Assembly: GCA_937888595.1 (NCBI GenBank) | Contig: CALARK010000007.1 | Span: 23,995-87,994 of the forward strand | Length of the DNA: 64,000 bases | DNA from: an uncultured Sterolibacteriaceae bacterium | Lineage (GTDB): Bacteria; Pseudomonadota; Gammaproteobacteria; Burkholderiales; Rhodocyclaceae | Direction of reading: 5' to 3' | In this document: positions 1 to 8,695 of the stretch, piece by piece | How positions within the stretch are numbered: position 1 is the stretch's first letter | Layout: each line of letters opens with the position of its first letter | Position numbers and translations under genes: made by a program | The notes under the pieces: generated by a model | Databases searched by the model: none | What the model was told of the DNA's origin: nothing | The model's input: only the letters and a program-made list of their open reading frames with translations

Positions 1-424
1 TCCCGAGCAGCAGCGCGACCACCATGATGCCGAGCGCTCCGCCGTCCAAGTCGAACTGGATGCCCAGCACCGGTGCCAGCAGGACCAGCGGCAGACCGGT
101 GGTGATCCAGTGCGCGGCGATTTTACCCGTTATCAGGAGGCCCAGCGGCGAGGGGGACAGCACCATCTGCTCGAGGGTGCCGTCGGCATGGTCGGGGGCG
201 AACAGCCTCGCCAGGCCGAGCATGGTGGCGAGCAGCGCGGCGACCCAGATCACGCCGGGGGCGATCTTCCTCAGCAGCGCGGTCTCGGGCCCGATGCCGA
301 GCGGAAACAGGCTGACGACGATGATGAAGAAGAACAGCGCCGTTAGCACCTCGCTCTTGCGGCGCATGGCCAGCAGCAAGTCGCGGCGGATGATGGCGAG
401 AATCGGGGCCAGCGTGGCGTTCAT
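1..424 (-). CDS. ccmB: Heme exporter permease CcmB, N-terminal ~141 codons (3' end lies beyond the window edge)
   Basis: Minus-strand ATG at 424 (ATGA overlap with the ccmA stop) translates to MNATLAPILAIIRRDLLLAMRRKSEVLTALFFFIIVVSLFPLGIGPE..., a CcmB-like membrane pattern. Absent from the ORF track because there is no stop inside the window. Confidence 0.8.
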   Translation of the reverse strand, partial: MNATLAPILAIIRRDLLLAMRRKSEVLTALFFFIIVVSLFPLGIGPETALLRKIAPGVIWVAALLATMLGLARLFAPDHADGTLEQMVLSPSPLGLLITGKIAAHWITTGLPLVLLAPVLGIQFDLDGGALGIMVVALLLG

Positions 425-1044
425 GCGCCCACCATGATGATCTTGCCGTTGGGCAGGGGGATGGCCTGATGGCTGGTGAGAATGGCGATGCCGCCCTGCG
501 TGACGTGCTCGACGATCAGGCCGGACAACATCTCGACGGCCTTGACGTCGAGTGCCGTGAAGGGTTCGTCGAGAATCCAGAGCGTGGCCTTGCGCACGGC
601 GAGGCGGGCGAGCAGGACGCGGCGCTTCTGGCCGGCCGAGAGAAAGCGTACGGCCAGGTCTTCCCGTCCGCGCAGGCCGAAGCGGGCCAGGGCCTTCAGC
701 GCTTCGACTTCGTCCAACTCGCTGCCGTCAAGCCGGGCGGCGAGGATCAGGTTCTCGTAAGGCGTCAGCTCCTCCTTTACCGCCCCGTGGTGGCCGAGGA
801 AGAGCAGTTCGCGCCGGTAATCCTCGGCGAGGTGGGCGATCGGCTCGCCGCGCCAGCGGATTTCGCCCTCGGCGGGGGGCGACAGGCTCGCCAGAATGCG
901 CAGCAGGCTGGTCTTGCCCGCGCCATTTTCACCCTGCACGTGCAGCCATTCACCGGGGCCGACGTCGAGGTCGAGTCCGGAAAACAGGCGGCGTTCGCCG
1001 CGAATGCAGGAAAGAGCGGTCGCACTGAGCATGGGGGGGTGCAT
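421..1044 (-). CDS. ccmA: Cytochrome c biogenesis heme-exporting ABC ATPase CcmA
   Basis: 207 aa with Walker A GENGAGKTS, ABC signature LSAGQKRR and Walker B LWILDEP. Immediately followed by ccmB. Confidence 0.9.
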   Translation of the reverse strand: MHPPMLSATALSCIRGERRLFSGLDLDVGPGEWLHVQGENGAGKTSLLRILASLSPPAEGEIRWRGEPIAHLAEDYRRELLFLGHHGAVKEELTPYENLILAARLDGSELDEVEALKALARFGLRGREDLAVRFLSAGQKRRVLLARLAVRKATLWILDEPFTALDVKAVEMLSGLIVEHVTQGGIAILTSHQAIPLPNGKIIMVGA

Positions 1045-1087
1045 TTTGCCTGATAACGACGCGCTCCGCTTTTGCCTGCGGCGCTGG

Positions 1088-1111
1088 GCCGTCCCGCCGA
1101 CGCCGACTTTT
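1088..1111 (-). repeat. 24-nt repeat copy a (intergenic, ccmA/rnfB)
   Basis: Reverse complement AAAAGTCGGCGTCGGCGGGACGGC, 1 mismatch to the consensus AAAAGTCGGCGCCGGCGGGACGGC. Confidence 0.85.
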
Positions 1112-1163
1112 CCTGAAAATCGAGATCAAAAGCCTAATTTATGTAGGGCATTAAAACCATTGT

Positions 1164-1193
1164 TTGCTGCGCTGCGTCAATGCTGCCTATACT
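1164..1193 (+). promoter_or_regulatory. Candidate sigma70-type promoter for the rnfB operon
   Basis: TTGCTG, 18-nt spacer, TATACT, about 270 nt upstream of the rnfB ATG. Pattern match only. Confidence 0.3.
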
Positions 1194-1460
1194 GCGCCGC
1201 ATCACGAACACGTGCAGGGCGCAACCTTGTGCGTGCCAGTCCGGAAAGGCAGCAAGCCGCCTTTCTGCCCAGTTGGCCGGAAACCACCGGCCGCGCCGTG
1301 ATGGCCTCCGTGCCGCATGCCCGCAAGGCGTGCGGAGCGGGCAGCCAGCGAAGTTCGCTTTGCCGACCGCTTTCGTGCGGAAGGGAGGGCGGTGTTCGGT
1401 TCAGTCACGGCGCGCCTGTTTCGGGCAGCGCGCCATCTTGTCTCGAGGTGTCGCTTTTCC

Positions 1461-2339
1461 ATGGGATCGTTGTCGAATCTGGCGTTGGCGGGAGGCTTCA
1501 TGGCCGTGCTGGGCGTTCTGCTCGCCGGATTGCTCGCCTTCGCCAACCGGAAGCTTTTCGTTTTCGAAGACCCGCGGATCGAGCAGGTCGAAGATCTCCT
1601 GCCGAAATCCAATTGCGGCGCCTGCGGCATGCCGGGCTGCCGCGGCTTTGCCGAAAAGGTGGTCACCGGCGATGTCGTTCCGGCCCTATGCACGGTCAGT
1701 TCCCCCCAGCAACGCCAGGACATCGCCGACCTGCTCGGCGTGGCGGCGGGCAACGTGGAGAAGAAGGTGGCTCGCCTCGCCTGTGCGGGCGGCAAGCATG
1801 TCGCCTTCGTGCGCGCCCGTTATGCCGGACTGAGAACCTGCCGCGCTGCCGCCGTGGTCGGTGGCGGCGGCAAGGAATGCGCCTGGGGCTGCCTCGGCCT
1901 GGGTGATTGCGAAGCCGTGTGCAACTTCGACGCCCTGCATCTGGACGCCCATGGCCTGCCGGTCGTCGATGCGGACAAGTGCTCGGCCTGCAACGACTGT
2001 GTCGAGGTTTGCCCGAAGGGCCTGTTCTCGCTCGAGCCGATCAGCCGCAAGCTGTGGGTCGCTTGCAAGAATCAGGCGGATGGCGATACGGCCGAGGCCT
2101 CCTGCGAGGTCGCCTGTACCGCCTGCGGCAAGTGCGTCGCCGATGCCCCGCCGGGCCTGATGCAGCTCGACGGGCAACTGGCGACGATCCGCTATGAACT
2201 CAACGCGTGGGCGTCACGTGCCCCGATCGAGCGCTGCCCGACCGGCGCCATCGTCTGGTTCGAGTCCCCCAACAAGCCCGTCAAGGGCGCGGCAGCCAAG
2301 AAGATCCTGCGCCAGGATGCGCTGCCCCAATTGCACTGA
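1461..2339 (+). CDS. rnfB: Rnf electron transport complex subunit B (polyferredoxin type)
   Basis: Start taken at ATG 1461 (MGSLSNLALAGGFMAVLGVLLAG...), inside track ORF 1317..2339. N-terminal TM helix, CGACGMPGC cluster motif, then ferredoxin motifs CSACNDCVEVCP and CTACGKC. Confidence 0.85.
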   Translation: MGSLSNLALAGGFMAVLGVLLAGLLAFANRKLFVFEDPRIEQVEDLLPKSNCGACGMPGCRGFAEKVVTGDVVPALCTVSSPQQRQDIADLLGVAAGNVEKKVARLACAGGKHVAFVRARYAGLRTCRAAAVVGGGGKECAWGCLGLGDCEAVCNFDALHLDAHGLPVVDADKCSACNDCVEVCPKGLFSLEPISRKLWVACKNQADGDTAEASCEVACTACGKCVADAPPGLMQLDGQLATIRYELNAWASRAPIERCPTGAIVWFESPNKPVKGAAAKKILRQDALPQLH

Positions 2340-2377
2340 CCTGTACCGAATTTCAAGAGATTAACCAGGAGTCCGCC

Positions 2378-5300
2378 ATGTTGATGAAACTGTTCCAGTC
2401 CAAGAGCGAAGCCGAAAAGACGCAGGTCAAGTACCCCGGCATCCGCGATGCGGTCGACGGCAACACCGCCGTGATCCATGTCGAACGTGAGGCCTCCGAC
2501 GCCGCTGGCGCCTACCCGATCACGCCCTCGACGCAGATGGGCGAGTACTGGGCGGAGGAAGTCGCCAAGGGCCACCTCAATATTTCGGAAAAGCCGCTGA
2601 TCTTCATCGAGCCCGAGTCCGAGCATGCCGCTGCGGGCGTCACCGCCGGCATGGCGATGACCGGCCTGCGAGCCACCAACTTCTCCTCGGCGCAGGGCGT
2701 CGCCTTCATGCACGAATCGCTCTACGGCGCGGTCGGCAAGCGCCTGCCCTACATCCTCAACATGGGCTGCCGCGCCATCACCAAGGCTTCCCTGAACGTC
2801 CATTGCAGCCACGACGATTACCACTGCGTCGACGATACCGGCTTCATCCAGGTGATGGCCAAGAGCGCCACCGAGGCGGCCGACCTCAACCTGATCGGCC
2901 GCAAGATCGCCGAACTGTCGCTGACCCCGGCGATCATCGGCCAGGATGGCTTCCTGACCACGCACCTGATCGAGTCGGCCCTGCTGCCGGAGCGCGAGCT
3001 GGTGGCGGAGTACGTCGGCAAGCCCGACGACCTCATCGACACGCCGACGCCCGCCCAGGAGATGCTCTACGGGCCGAAGCGCCGCCGCGTGCCGGCGATC
3101 TGGGATGTCGACGTGCCGCTCGTCTCGGGCACGGTGCAGAACCAGGATGCCTACATGCAGGCCACCGCCGGCCAGCGTCCCTACTTCTTCGATCACATCG
3201 AAGAGATCGCCGATGCCTGCATGGCCGAATACACGGGCCTGACCGGCCGCGAATACCATCGCGTGTCGGGCTACAAGATGGAGGATGCCGACTACGTGAT
3301 CGTCGGCATGGGCAGCATGATCGTGCAGGCGGAGTGCGTCGCCGACTACCTGCGCGAGACGCGCAAGCTCAAGGTCGGCGTCGTCAACATCACGATGTTC
3401 CGCCCCTTCCCGGGCGACCTGCTCGGCAAGCTGCTCGCCGGCCGCAAGGGCGTGGCAGTGCTCGAGCGCACCGACCAGCCGCTGGCCGAGGACCTGCCGC
3501 TGATGCGCGAAGTGCGCGCGACCCTGGTCAAGTGCATCGAGAATGGCCTCGCGCCCGATGACGATCGTCCTTACCCGGGTTATGCCGCCTTCGCCTCGGG
3601 CGAGATGCCGCGCCTCTATTCCGGCTGCTACGGTCTCGGCTCGCGCGACCTGCAGCCCGAAGGCCTGATCGCCGCCGTCGAGAACATGCTGCCGGACGGC
3701 GCCAAGCGCAAGTTCTATTACCTGTCGATCGACTTCGCGCGCGACCCGCTCAATCCGAAGGACGAGGTGCACCAGCAGGACCTGCAGGAGAAGTACCCGC
3801 AGATCGGTGCCATGGGCATCCGCGGCAGCGAGAACCCGAACCTGCTGCCCAAGGGGGCCATTACCGTGCGCATGCACTCGGTCGGCGGCTGGGGCGCGAT
3901 CACCACCGGCAAGAACCTGGCGATGACGCTGTTCGAACTGCTCGGCTGGGACATCAAGGCCAACCCGAAATACGGTTCGGAAAAGAAGGGCCAGCCGACG
4001 ACCTACTACCTGTCGGCCGCCCCGGAGCCGATCCGCATCAACTGCGAATACACCTATGTCGATGTCGTGCTCTCGCCCGACCCCAACGTCTTCGGTCACT
4101 CGAACCCGCTGTCCGGTCTGAAGAAGGGCGGCTATTTCATCATCCAGTCCAATCTCGGCGACGAAACCTGGGCGAGCTTCCCGCTCTGGGCGCAGAAGTT
4201 CATCGTCGACAACGACATCCATGTCTTCTACATCGATGCCTTCCAGGTGGCGCGCGAGGAGGCCGGCTCCCCCGAGCTGCAGTTGCGCATGCAGGGCATC
4301 GCCTTCCAGGGCGCCTTCTTCGCCGCCAGCCCGACGATGAAGAACGCCGGCCTGACCGAAAACGCCTTGTTTACGGCCATCGAGGCGCAGCTGCAGGCCA
4401 AGTTCGGCAACAAGGGCGCCCGTGTCGTGCAGGACAACCTGCGTGTCGTCAAGCGCGGCTACACCGAGCTGACCGAGATCACCGACAAGCAGGTCGGCGT
4501 AACGCGCAAGCAGCTCGTCAAACGGGACGTCGGCCTTCCGATCATGCTCAAGCAGCTGCCGGCTTCGGACGGCAAGGTCGCCGACATCCACCGCTTCTGG
4601 GAGCAGACCGGCAACTTCTACCTCACCGGCAAGGGTTCCGACAACCTCGTCGATCCCTTCATCGGCACCTCGCTGATGCCGGCCGCGACCGGCGTGTTCC
4701 GCGACATGACCGGCATCCGCTTCGAGCATCCGGTGTGGATCGCCGAGAACTGCACGGCTTGCGGCAACTGCTATACGGAATGTCCGGACTCGGCCATCCC
4801 CGGCCTCGTCAGCAGCGTCGCCGACGTGTTCAACACGATCATCAACCGCATCGAGACCAGCGGCACGCCGACGCGTTTCCTGCGCCGGGCCGCGCGCACG
4901 GTCGAGAAGAAGCTGCGCGGGCTGATCGGCGGCGACGGCGCGGCCGTGCGCCCGTTGATCGACGAGGCCATCGCGGCGACGGTCGCCGAGGCGCCCGAGG
5001 AAGACCGCGAGAAGATGGCGGCCGAGTTCAAGCAGTTCACCGCGCAGATGGGCGACTTCGCCTTCGGCACCACCAAGCCGTTCTGGTCGCTGAAGGAGAA
5101 GAAGGCCAAGGGCAGCGGCGGCCTGTTCTCGATCACCATCAACCCCTACACCTGCAAGGCCTGTGCGCTGTGCGTCACGGTCTGCGAGGACGATGCGCTG
5201 AAGATGGTCACGCAGACCGACGAGTCGGTGCAGAAGCTGCGCGACGACTGGAGCTTCTGGCTCGACCTGCCGACGACGCCGAAGGAGTACAGCCGCATCG

Positions 5301-7285
5301 ACAGCCTCGACGAGAAGATCGGCGCCCTCGAAACGCTGCTGCTCGACAAGCACAACTACAACTCGATGAACTGCGGCGACGGCGCCTGCCTCGGCTGCGG
5401 CGAGAAGACCGCGATCCACCTGTTCACGTCGACGGTGACCGCGCTGATGCAGCCGCGCGTCAAGGCCTTCGTGGCCAAGCTCGACGACCTGATCGGCCGG
5501 CTCGAACAGCACATGCGCGTGAAGCTGGCTTCCGTGGTCGACCTCACCGACACCAGTGCCGTGGTGCGCGCCGTCGAGGCGACCGGACAGCACGACCTGA
5601 CCCTGTCCAACCTTGCCTCCAAGCTCAACGAGAACAAGCCCTCGCAATTGCTCGACCCGGTCTGGGTGAAGAACACCGCCCAGCTGCTCGAGAAGCTCAA
5701 GGACCTCAAGTGGCGTTATGTCGAGGGGCCGACCCAGCGCGGCCGCGCCGAAATGGGCGTGGTCAACTCGACCGGCTGCACCTCGGTGTGGGGCTCGACC
5801 TACCCCTTCCACCCCTACCCCTTCCCCTGGACTTCGCACCTGTTCCAGGATTCGCCATCCGTCGCGATGGGCCTGTTCGAGGGCCACATGGCCAAGATGG
5901 CCGACGGTTTCAAGGCCGTGCGCATGGCCGAGAAGGAACTGGCCGGCGACTACCTGCCGGACCGCGACGACGATTTCTTCCGCCGCTTCACCTGGAGCAA
6001 GTTTTCCGAGGACGAATGGCTGCTGTGCCCGCCGGTCGTCTCGCTCGGCGGCGACGGCGCGATGTACGACATCGGCTTCCAGAACCTGTCGCGCGCACTG
6101 ATGTCCGGCATGCCGATCAAGGTGCTGGTGGTCGATACGCAGGTGTATTCCAACACCGGCGGCCAGGCCTGCACCTCGGGCTTCATCTCCCAGGTGTCCG
6201 ACATGGCGCCCTACGGCCAGGCGCAACGCGGCAAGCAGGAGACCCGCAAGGAGATCTCGCTGATCGGCATGGCCCACCGCACGTCCTACGTGATGCAGGG
6301 CACGATCGCCCATGTGAACCATTTGCTCGAAAGCTACATCGACGGCCTCAACAGCCGCCGCCCGGCGCTGTTCAACATCTACGCCGTCTGCCCGCCCGAG
6401 CACGGCGTCGGCGACGACAAGAGCGTCGACCAGAGCAAGCTGGCGGTCGAGTCGCGCGCCTACCCGCTGTTCCGCTTCGACCCGGATGCCGGCGTCACCT
6501 TCAGCGAGTGCACCAGCCTCGAAGGCAACCCGGCGCTGGACCAGGACTGGCCGACCTACACGCTCAAGTACCAGGAAGACGGCGCCGAGAAGTCGCTGAC
6601 CCTGCCGATGACCTTCGCCGATTTCGCGGCCACCGAGGCGCGCTTCCTCAAGCAGTTCAAGAAAGCGCCGCCGGAGACCTGGAACGAGAACATGGTGATG
6701 CTCGCCGATTTCATCGGTCTCGACGAGGACGAGCGCGAGGGCAAGTTCCCGTACATCTGGGCGGTCGACCAGAAGAACCGCCTGATGCGCCTGCTCGTCA
6801 GCGAGGACATGGTGCGCTCTTCCGAGGAGCGCCTGCACTTCTGGCAACAGCTGCGCGACATCGCCGGCCTGAACGCCCAGCCGGCCGACGCCGCCGAGGT
6901 GGCCGAACGCGTGCGCGCCGACCTGCTGGCGAAGATCTCGGCCACGCTGGGCCTGTCGGGTAGTGATGCGGGCACGGCCGCCGTCCCGCCGGCGCCGACT
7001 ATTGCGGGTGCGGCCACGAGCGCCAATGACGGCGACTACGAGCCGGTGTGGATCGAGAGTCCCGAGTGCACCGCCTGCGACGAGTGCATCAACCTGGCGC
7101 CGAAGACCTTCGCCTACAACGACCAGAAGCTGGCGATCGTCACCGACCCGAAGGGCGCGAAGTTCGCCGACATCGTCAAGGCGGCCGAGAAGTGCACGGC
7201 CGGCTGCATCCATCCGGGGACGCCGTGGAACATGGCCGAGCCGGGTATCGAGAAGTTGATGGCACGGGCGGCAAAATTTAATTAA
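2378..7285 (+). CDS. Pyruvate:ferredoxin (flavodoxin) oxidoreductase family protein, unusually long (1635 aa), with an extra C-terminal ferredoxin-like module
   Basis: ATG 2378 preceded by AACCAGGAG. Has YPITPSTQMGEYW (domain I), GGWGAITTGKNLA (domain III) and Fe-S motifs CTACGNCYTECP and CKACALCVTVCE. TPP region GGDGAMYDIGFQNL...DTQVYSNTGGQ is present, and the C-terminus carries CTACDEC...C. Confidence 0.9.
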   Translation: MLMKLFQSKSEAEKTQVKYPGIRDAVDGNTAVIHVEREASDAAGAYPITPSTQMGEYWAEEVAKGHLNISEKPLIFIEPESEHAAAGVTAGMAMTGLRATNFSSAQGVAFMHESLYGAVGKRLPYILNMGCRAITKASLNVHCSHDDYHCVDDTGFIQVMAKSATEAADLNLIGRKIAELSLTPAIIGQDGFLTTHLIESALLPERELVAEYVGKPDDLIDTPTPAQEMLYGPKRRRVPAIWDVDVPLVSGTVQNQDAYMQATAGQRPYFFDHIEEIADACMAEYTGLTGREYHRVSGYKMEDADYVIVGMGSMIVQAECVADYLRETRKLKVGVVNITMFRPFPGDLLGKLLAGRKGVAVLERTDQPLAEDLPLMREVRATLVKCIENGLAPDDDRPYPGYAAFASGEMPRLYSGCYGLGSRDLQPEGLIAAVENMLPDGAKRKFYYLSIDFARDPLNPKDEVHQQDLQEKYPQIGAMGIRGSENPNLLPKGAITVRMHSVGGWGAITTGKNLAMTLFELLGWDIKANPKYGSEKKGQPTTYYLSAAPEPIRINCEYTYVDVVLSPDPNVFGHSNPLSGLKKGGYFIIQSNLGDETWASFPLWAQKFIVDNDIHVFYIDAFQVAREEAGSPELQLRMQGIAFQGAFFAASPTMKNAGLTENALFTAIEAQLQAKFGNKGARVVQDNLRVVKRGYTELTEITDKQVGVTRKQLVKRDVGLPIMLKQLPASDGKVADIHRFWEQTGNFYLTGKGSDNLVDPFIGTSLMPAATGVFRDMTGIRFEHPVWIAENCTACGNCYTECPDSAIPGLVSSVADVFNTIINRIETSGTPTRFLRRAARTVEKKLRGLIGGDGAAVRPLIDEAIAATVAEAPEEDREKMAAEFKQFTAQMGDFAFGTTKPFWSLKEKKAKGSGGLFSITINPYTCKACALCVTVCEDDALKMVTQTDESVQKLRDDWSFWLDLPTTPKEYSRIDSLDEKIGALETLLLDKHNYNSMNCGDGACLGCGEKTAIHLFTSTVTALMQPRVKAFVAKLDDLIGRLEQHMRVKLASVVDLTDTSAVVRAVEATGQHDLTLSNLASKLNENKPSQLLDPVWVKNTAQLLEKLKDLKWRYVEGPTQRGRAEMGVVNSTGCTSVWGSTYPFHPYPFPWTSHLFQDSPSVAMGLFEGHMAKMADGFKAVRMAEKELAGDYLPDRDDDFFRRFTWSKFSEDEWLLCPPVVSLGGDGAMYDIGFQNLSRALMSGMPIKVLVVDTQVYSNTGGQACTSGFISQVSDMAPYGQAQRGKQETRKEISLIGMAHRTSYVMQGTIAHVNHLLESYIDGLNSRRPALFNIYAVCPPEHGVGDDKSVDQSKLAVESRAYPLFRFDPDAGVTFSECTSLEGNPALDQDWPTYTLKYQEDGAEKSLTLPMTFADFAATEARFLKQFKKAPPETWNENMVMLADFIGLDEDEREGKFPYIWAVDQKNRLMRLLVSEDMVRSSEERLHFWQQLRDIAGLNAQPADAAEVAERVRADLLAKISATLGLSGSDAGTAAVPPAPTIAGAATSANDGDYEPVWIESPECTACDECINLAPKTFAYNDQKLAIVTDPKGAKFADIVKAAEKCTAGCIHPGTPWNMAEPGIEKLMARAAKFN
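6980..7003 (-). repeat. 24-nt repeat copy b (inside PFOR CDS)
   Basis: Reverse complement AATAGTCGGCGCCGGCGGGACGGC, 1 mismatch. Read as AVPPAPTI. Confidence 0.85.
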
Positions 7286-7293
7286 GCGCGCAG

Positions 7294-8685
7294 ATGAAGC
7301 TCCTCTCGTATTTTCGCGGCGAGGCCTTCCAGCGGGGCGTTCATCCGCCGTCCAGCAAGGAGGCGACGGCGGATCTGCGCATCCGGCGCCTGCCTTTCCC
7401 GGCGACGGTCGTGGTGCCGCTGTCGCAGCACATCGGCAAGGTGCCGCGGCCGATCGTGCGGGTCGGGCAGGAGGTGGTGCGCGGCCAGCCGATCGCCCGC
7501 ACCGACGACTGGTTGTCGGTGCCGCATCACGCACCGGTCACGGGCGTGGTCGAGTTCATCGGCTTGCGTCCCGGCGCCCGCGGGCCGTGGGTCGAGTCGA
7601 TCGTCATCCGCGCCCATCCGGGTGCCACCCAAGAGGATTTGTGGGGCCAGCCGCGCGACATGGGGGCGGCGACGGGCGAGGAGATCCTGCAGGCGATCTG
7701 GGATACCGGCATGGTCGGCCTCGGCGGCGCGGCGTTCCCGACCCATGCCAAGCTGACGGTGCCCAAGCAGGCCAAGGTGCATACGCTGGTCGTGAACGGT
7801 TGCGAGTGCGAGCCCTACCTGACCTGCGACCACCGGGTGATGGTCGAGCAGGCCGACGATCTCGTGACGGGCATCCGCTATGCGATGCGCGCCACCGGCG
7901 CGGTGCGCACCATCGTCGGCATCGAGGACAACAAGCGCGATGCACGTGATGCGGTACGGGCCGCCATCGAGCGGGCGATGAAAGGCCCCGGCGGGATACC
8001 GGAGGGGGAGGTCCATGCCGAACTGGTACCGACGAAGTACCCGCAGGGCTCCGAGAAGATGCTGCTGATGGCGTTGTTCGGCGTGGAGATCCCGGCGGGC
8101 AGCCTGCCGGTGTCGCTCGGCATGGTCGTCAATAATGTCGGCACGCTGGCCGCGCTCGGCCAGCTGTTGCCGCGCGGCCGCGGGCTGACGGAACGCGTCG
8201 TCACCGTCGCCGGCCCGGGCGTGGCACGTCCCGGCAACTACCTCGTGCCGCTCGGCACGCCGATCCGCTTCCTGCTCGAACAGGCCGGTGCGCCGCCGCT
8301 CGGGCTGAACAATGGCCGCGAGATCATCCTCGGCGGGCCGATGATGGGCCAGGCCGCCGCCTCGCTCGACGTGCCGGTCACCAAGGGCGTGTCGGGCGTG
8401 CTGGTGATGCCGGGGGCCGAGTTGCTGGCGCGCGAGGGACGCAAGACCTATCCGTGCATCAAGTGCGCCGAATGCGTCGAATCCTGCCCGATGGGACTCA
8501 ATCCGTCGACGCTCGGCATGCTCGCCGCCAAGCGCGAATACGACCTGATGGGCTCGGACTACCACCTCGGCGAATGCTTCGAGTGCGGTTGCTGCTCCTA
8601 CGTCTGTCCCTCCAACATCCCGCTGGTGCAACAGTTCCGCGTCGCCAAGCAGATCCTGCGCGAGAAGGCGGTGGCAAAACAATGA
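7294..8685 (+). CDS. rnfC: Rnf complex subunit C
   Basis: 463 aa with GLGGAAFPTH nucleotide/FMN-binding region and two 4Fe-4S motifs, CIKCAECVESCP and CFECGCCSYVCP. Starts 8 nt after the PFOR stop. Confidence 0.9.
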   Translation: MKLLSYFRGEAFQRGVHPPSSKEATADLRIRRLPFPATVVVPLSQHIGKVPRPIVRVGQEVVRGQPIARTDDWLSVPHHAPVTGVVEFIGLRPGARGPWVESIVIRAHPGATQEDLWGQPRDMGAATGEEILQAIWDTGMVGLGGAAFPTHAKLTVPKQAKVHTLVVNGCECEPYLTCDHRVMVEQADDLVTGIRYAMRATGAVRTIVGIEDNKRDARDAVRAAIERAMKGPGGIPEGEVHAELVPTKYPQGSEKMLLMALFGVEIPAGSLPVSLGMVVNNVGTLAALGQLLPRGRGLTERVVTVAGPGVARPGNYLVPLGTPIRFLLEQAGAPPLGLNNGREIILGGPMMGQAAASLDVPVTKGVSGVLVMPGAELLAREGRKTYPCIKCAECVESCPMGLNPSTLGMLAAKREYDLMGSDYHLGECFECGCCSYVCPSNIPLVQQFRVAKQILREKAVAKQ

Positions 8686-8695
8686 GCCTGCAGCC

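Noticed and set aside
24-437. Plus-strand ORFs 24..437 and 110..346 at the left edge.
   Set aside because: The minus strand here encodes a convincing CcmB N-terminus that is translationally coupled to ccmA.
1045-1460. Sigma54 (TGGCAC-N5-TTGC), NifA UAS (TGT-N10-ACA) or FNR (TTGAT-N4-ATCAA) sites upstream of the rnf operon.
   Set aside because: Only partial half-site resemblances were found, such as CTGAAAATCGAGATCAA. The spacing and the left half do not fit.
2192-7534. 1780-aa ORF on the minus strand opposite the PFOR gene. Similar long antisense ORFs include 8498..10534, 12557..13873, 28310..29656, 47267..49375, 49549..51480, 54205..56175, 57968..59281 and 62540..63877.
   Set aside because: These are typical stop-free antisense frames of high-GC DNA. 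Their translations are Arg/Ala/Gly/Pro-rich low-complexity sequence with no motifs, while the opposite strand encodes clearly recognisable proteins.
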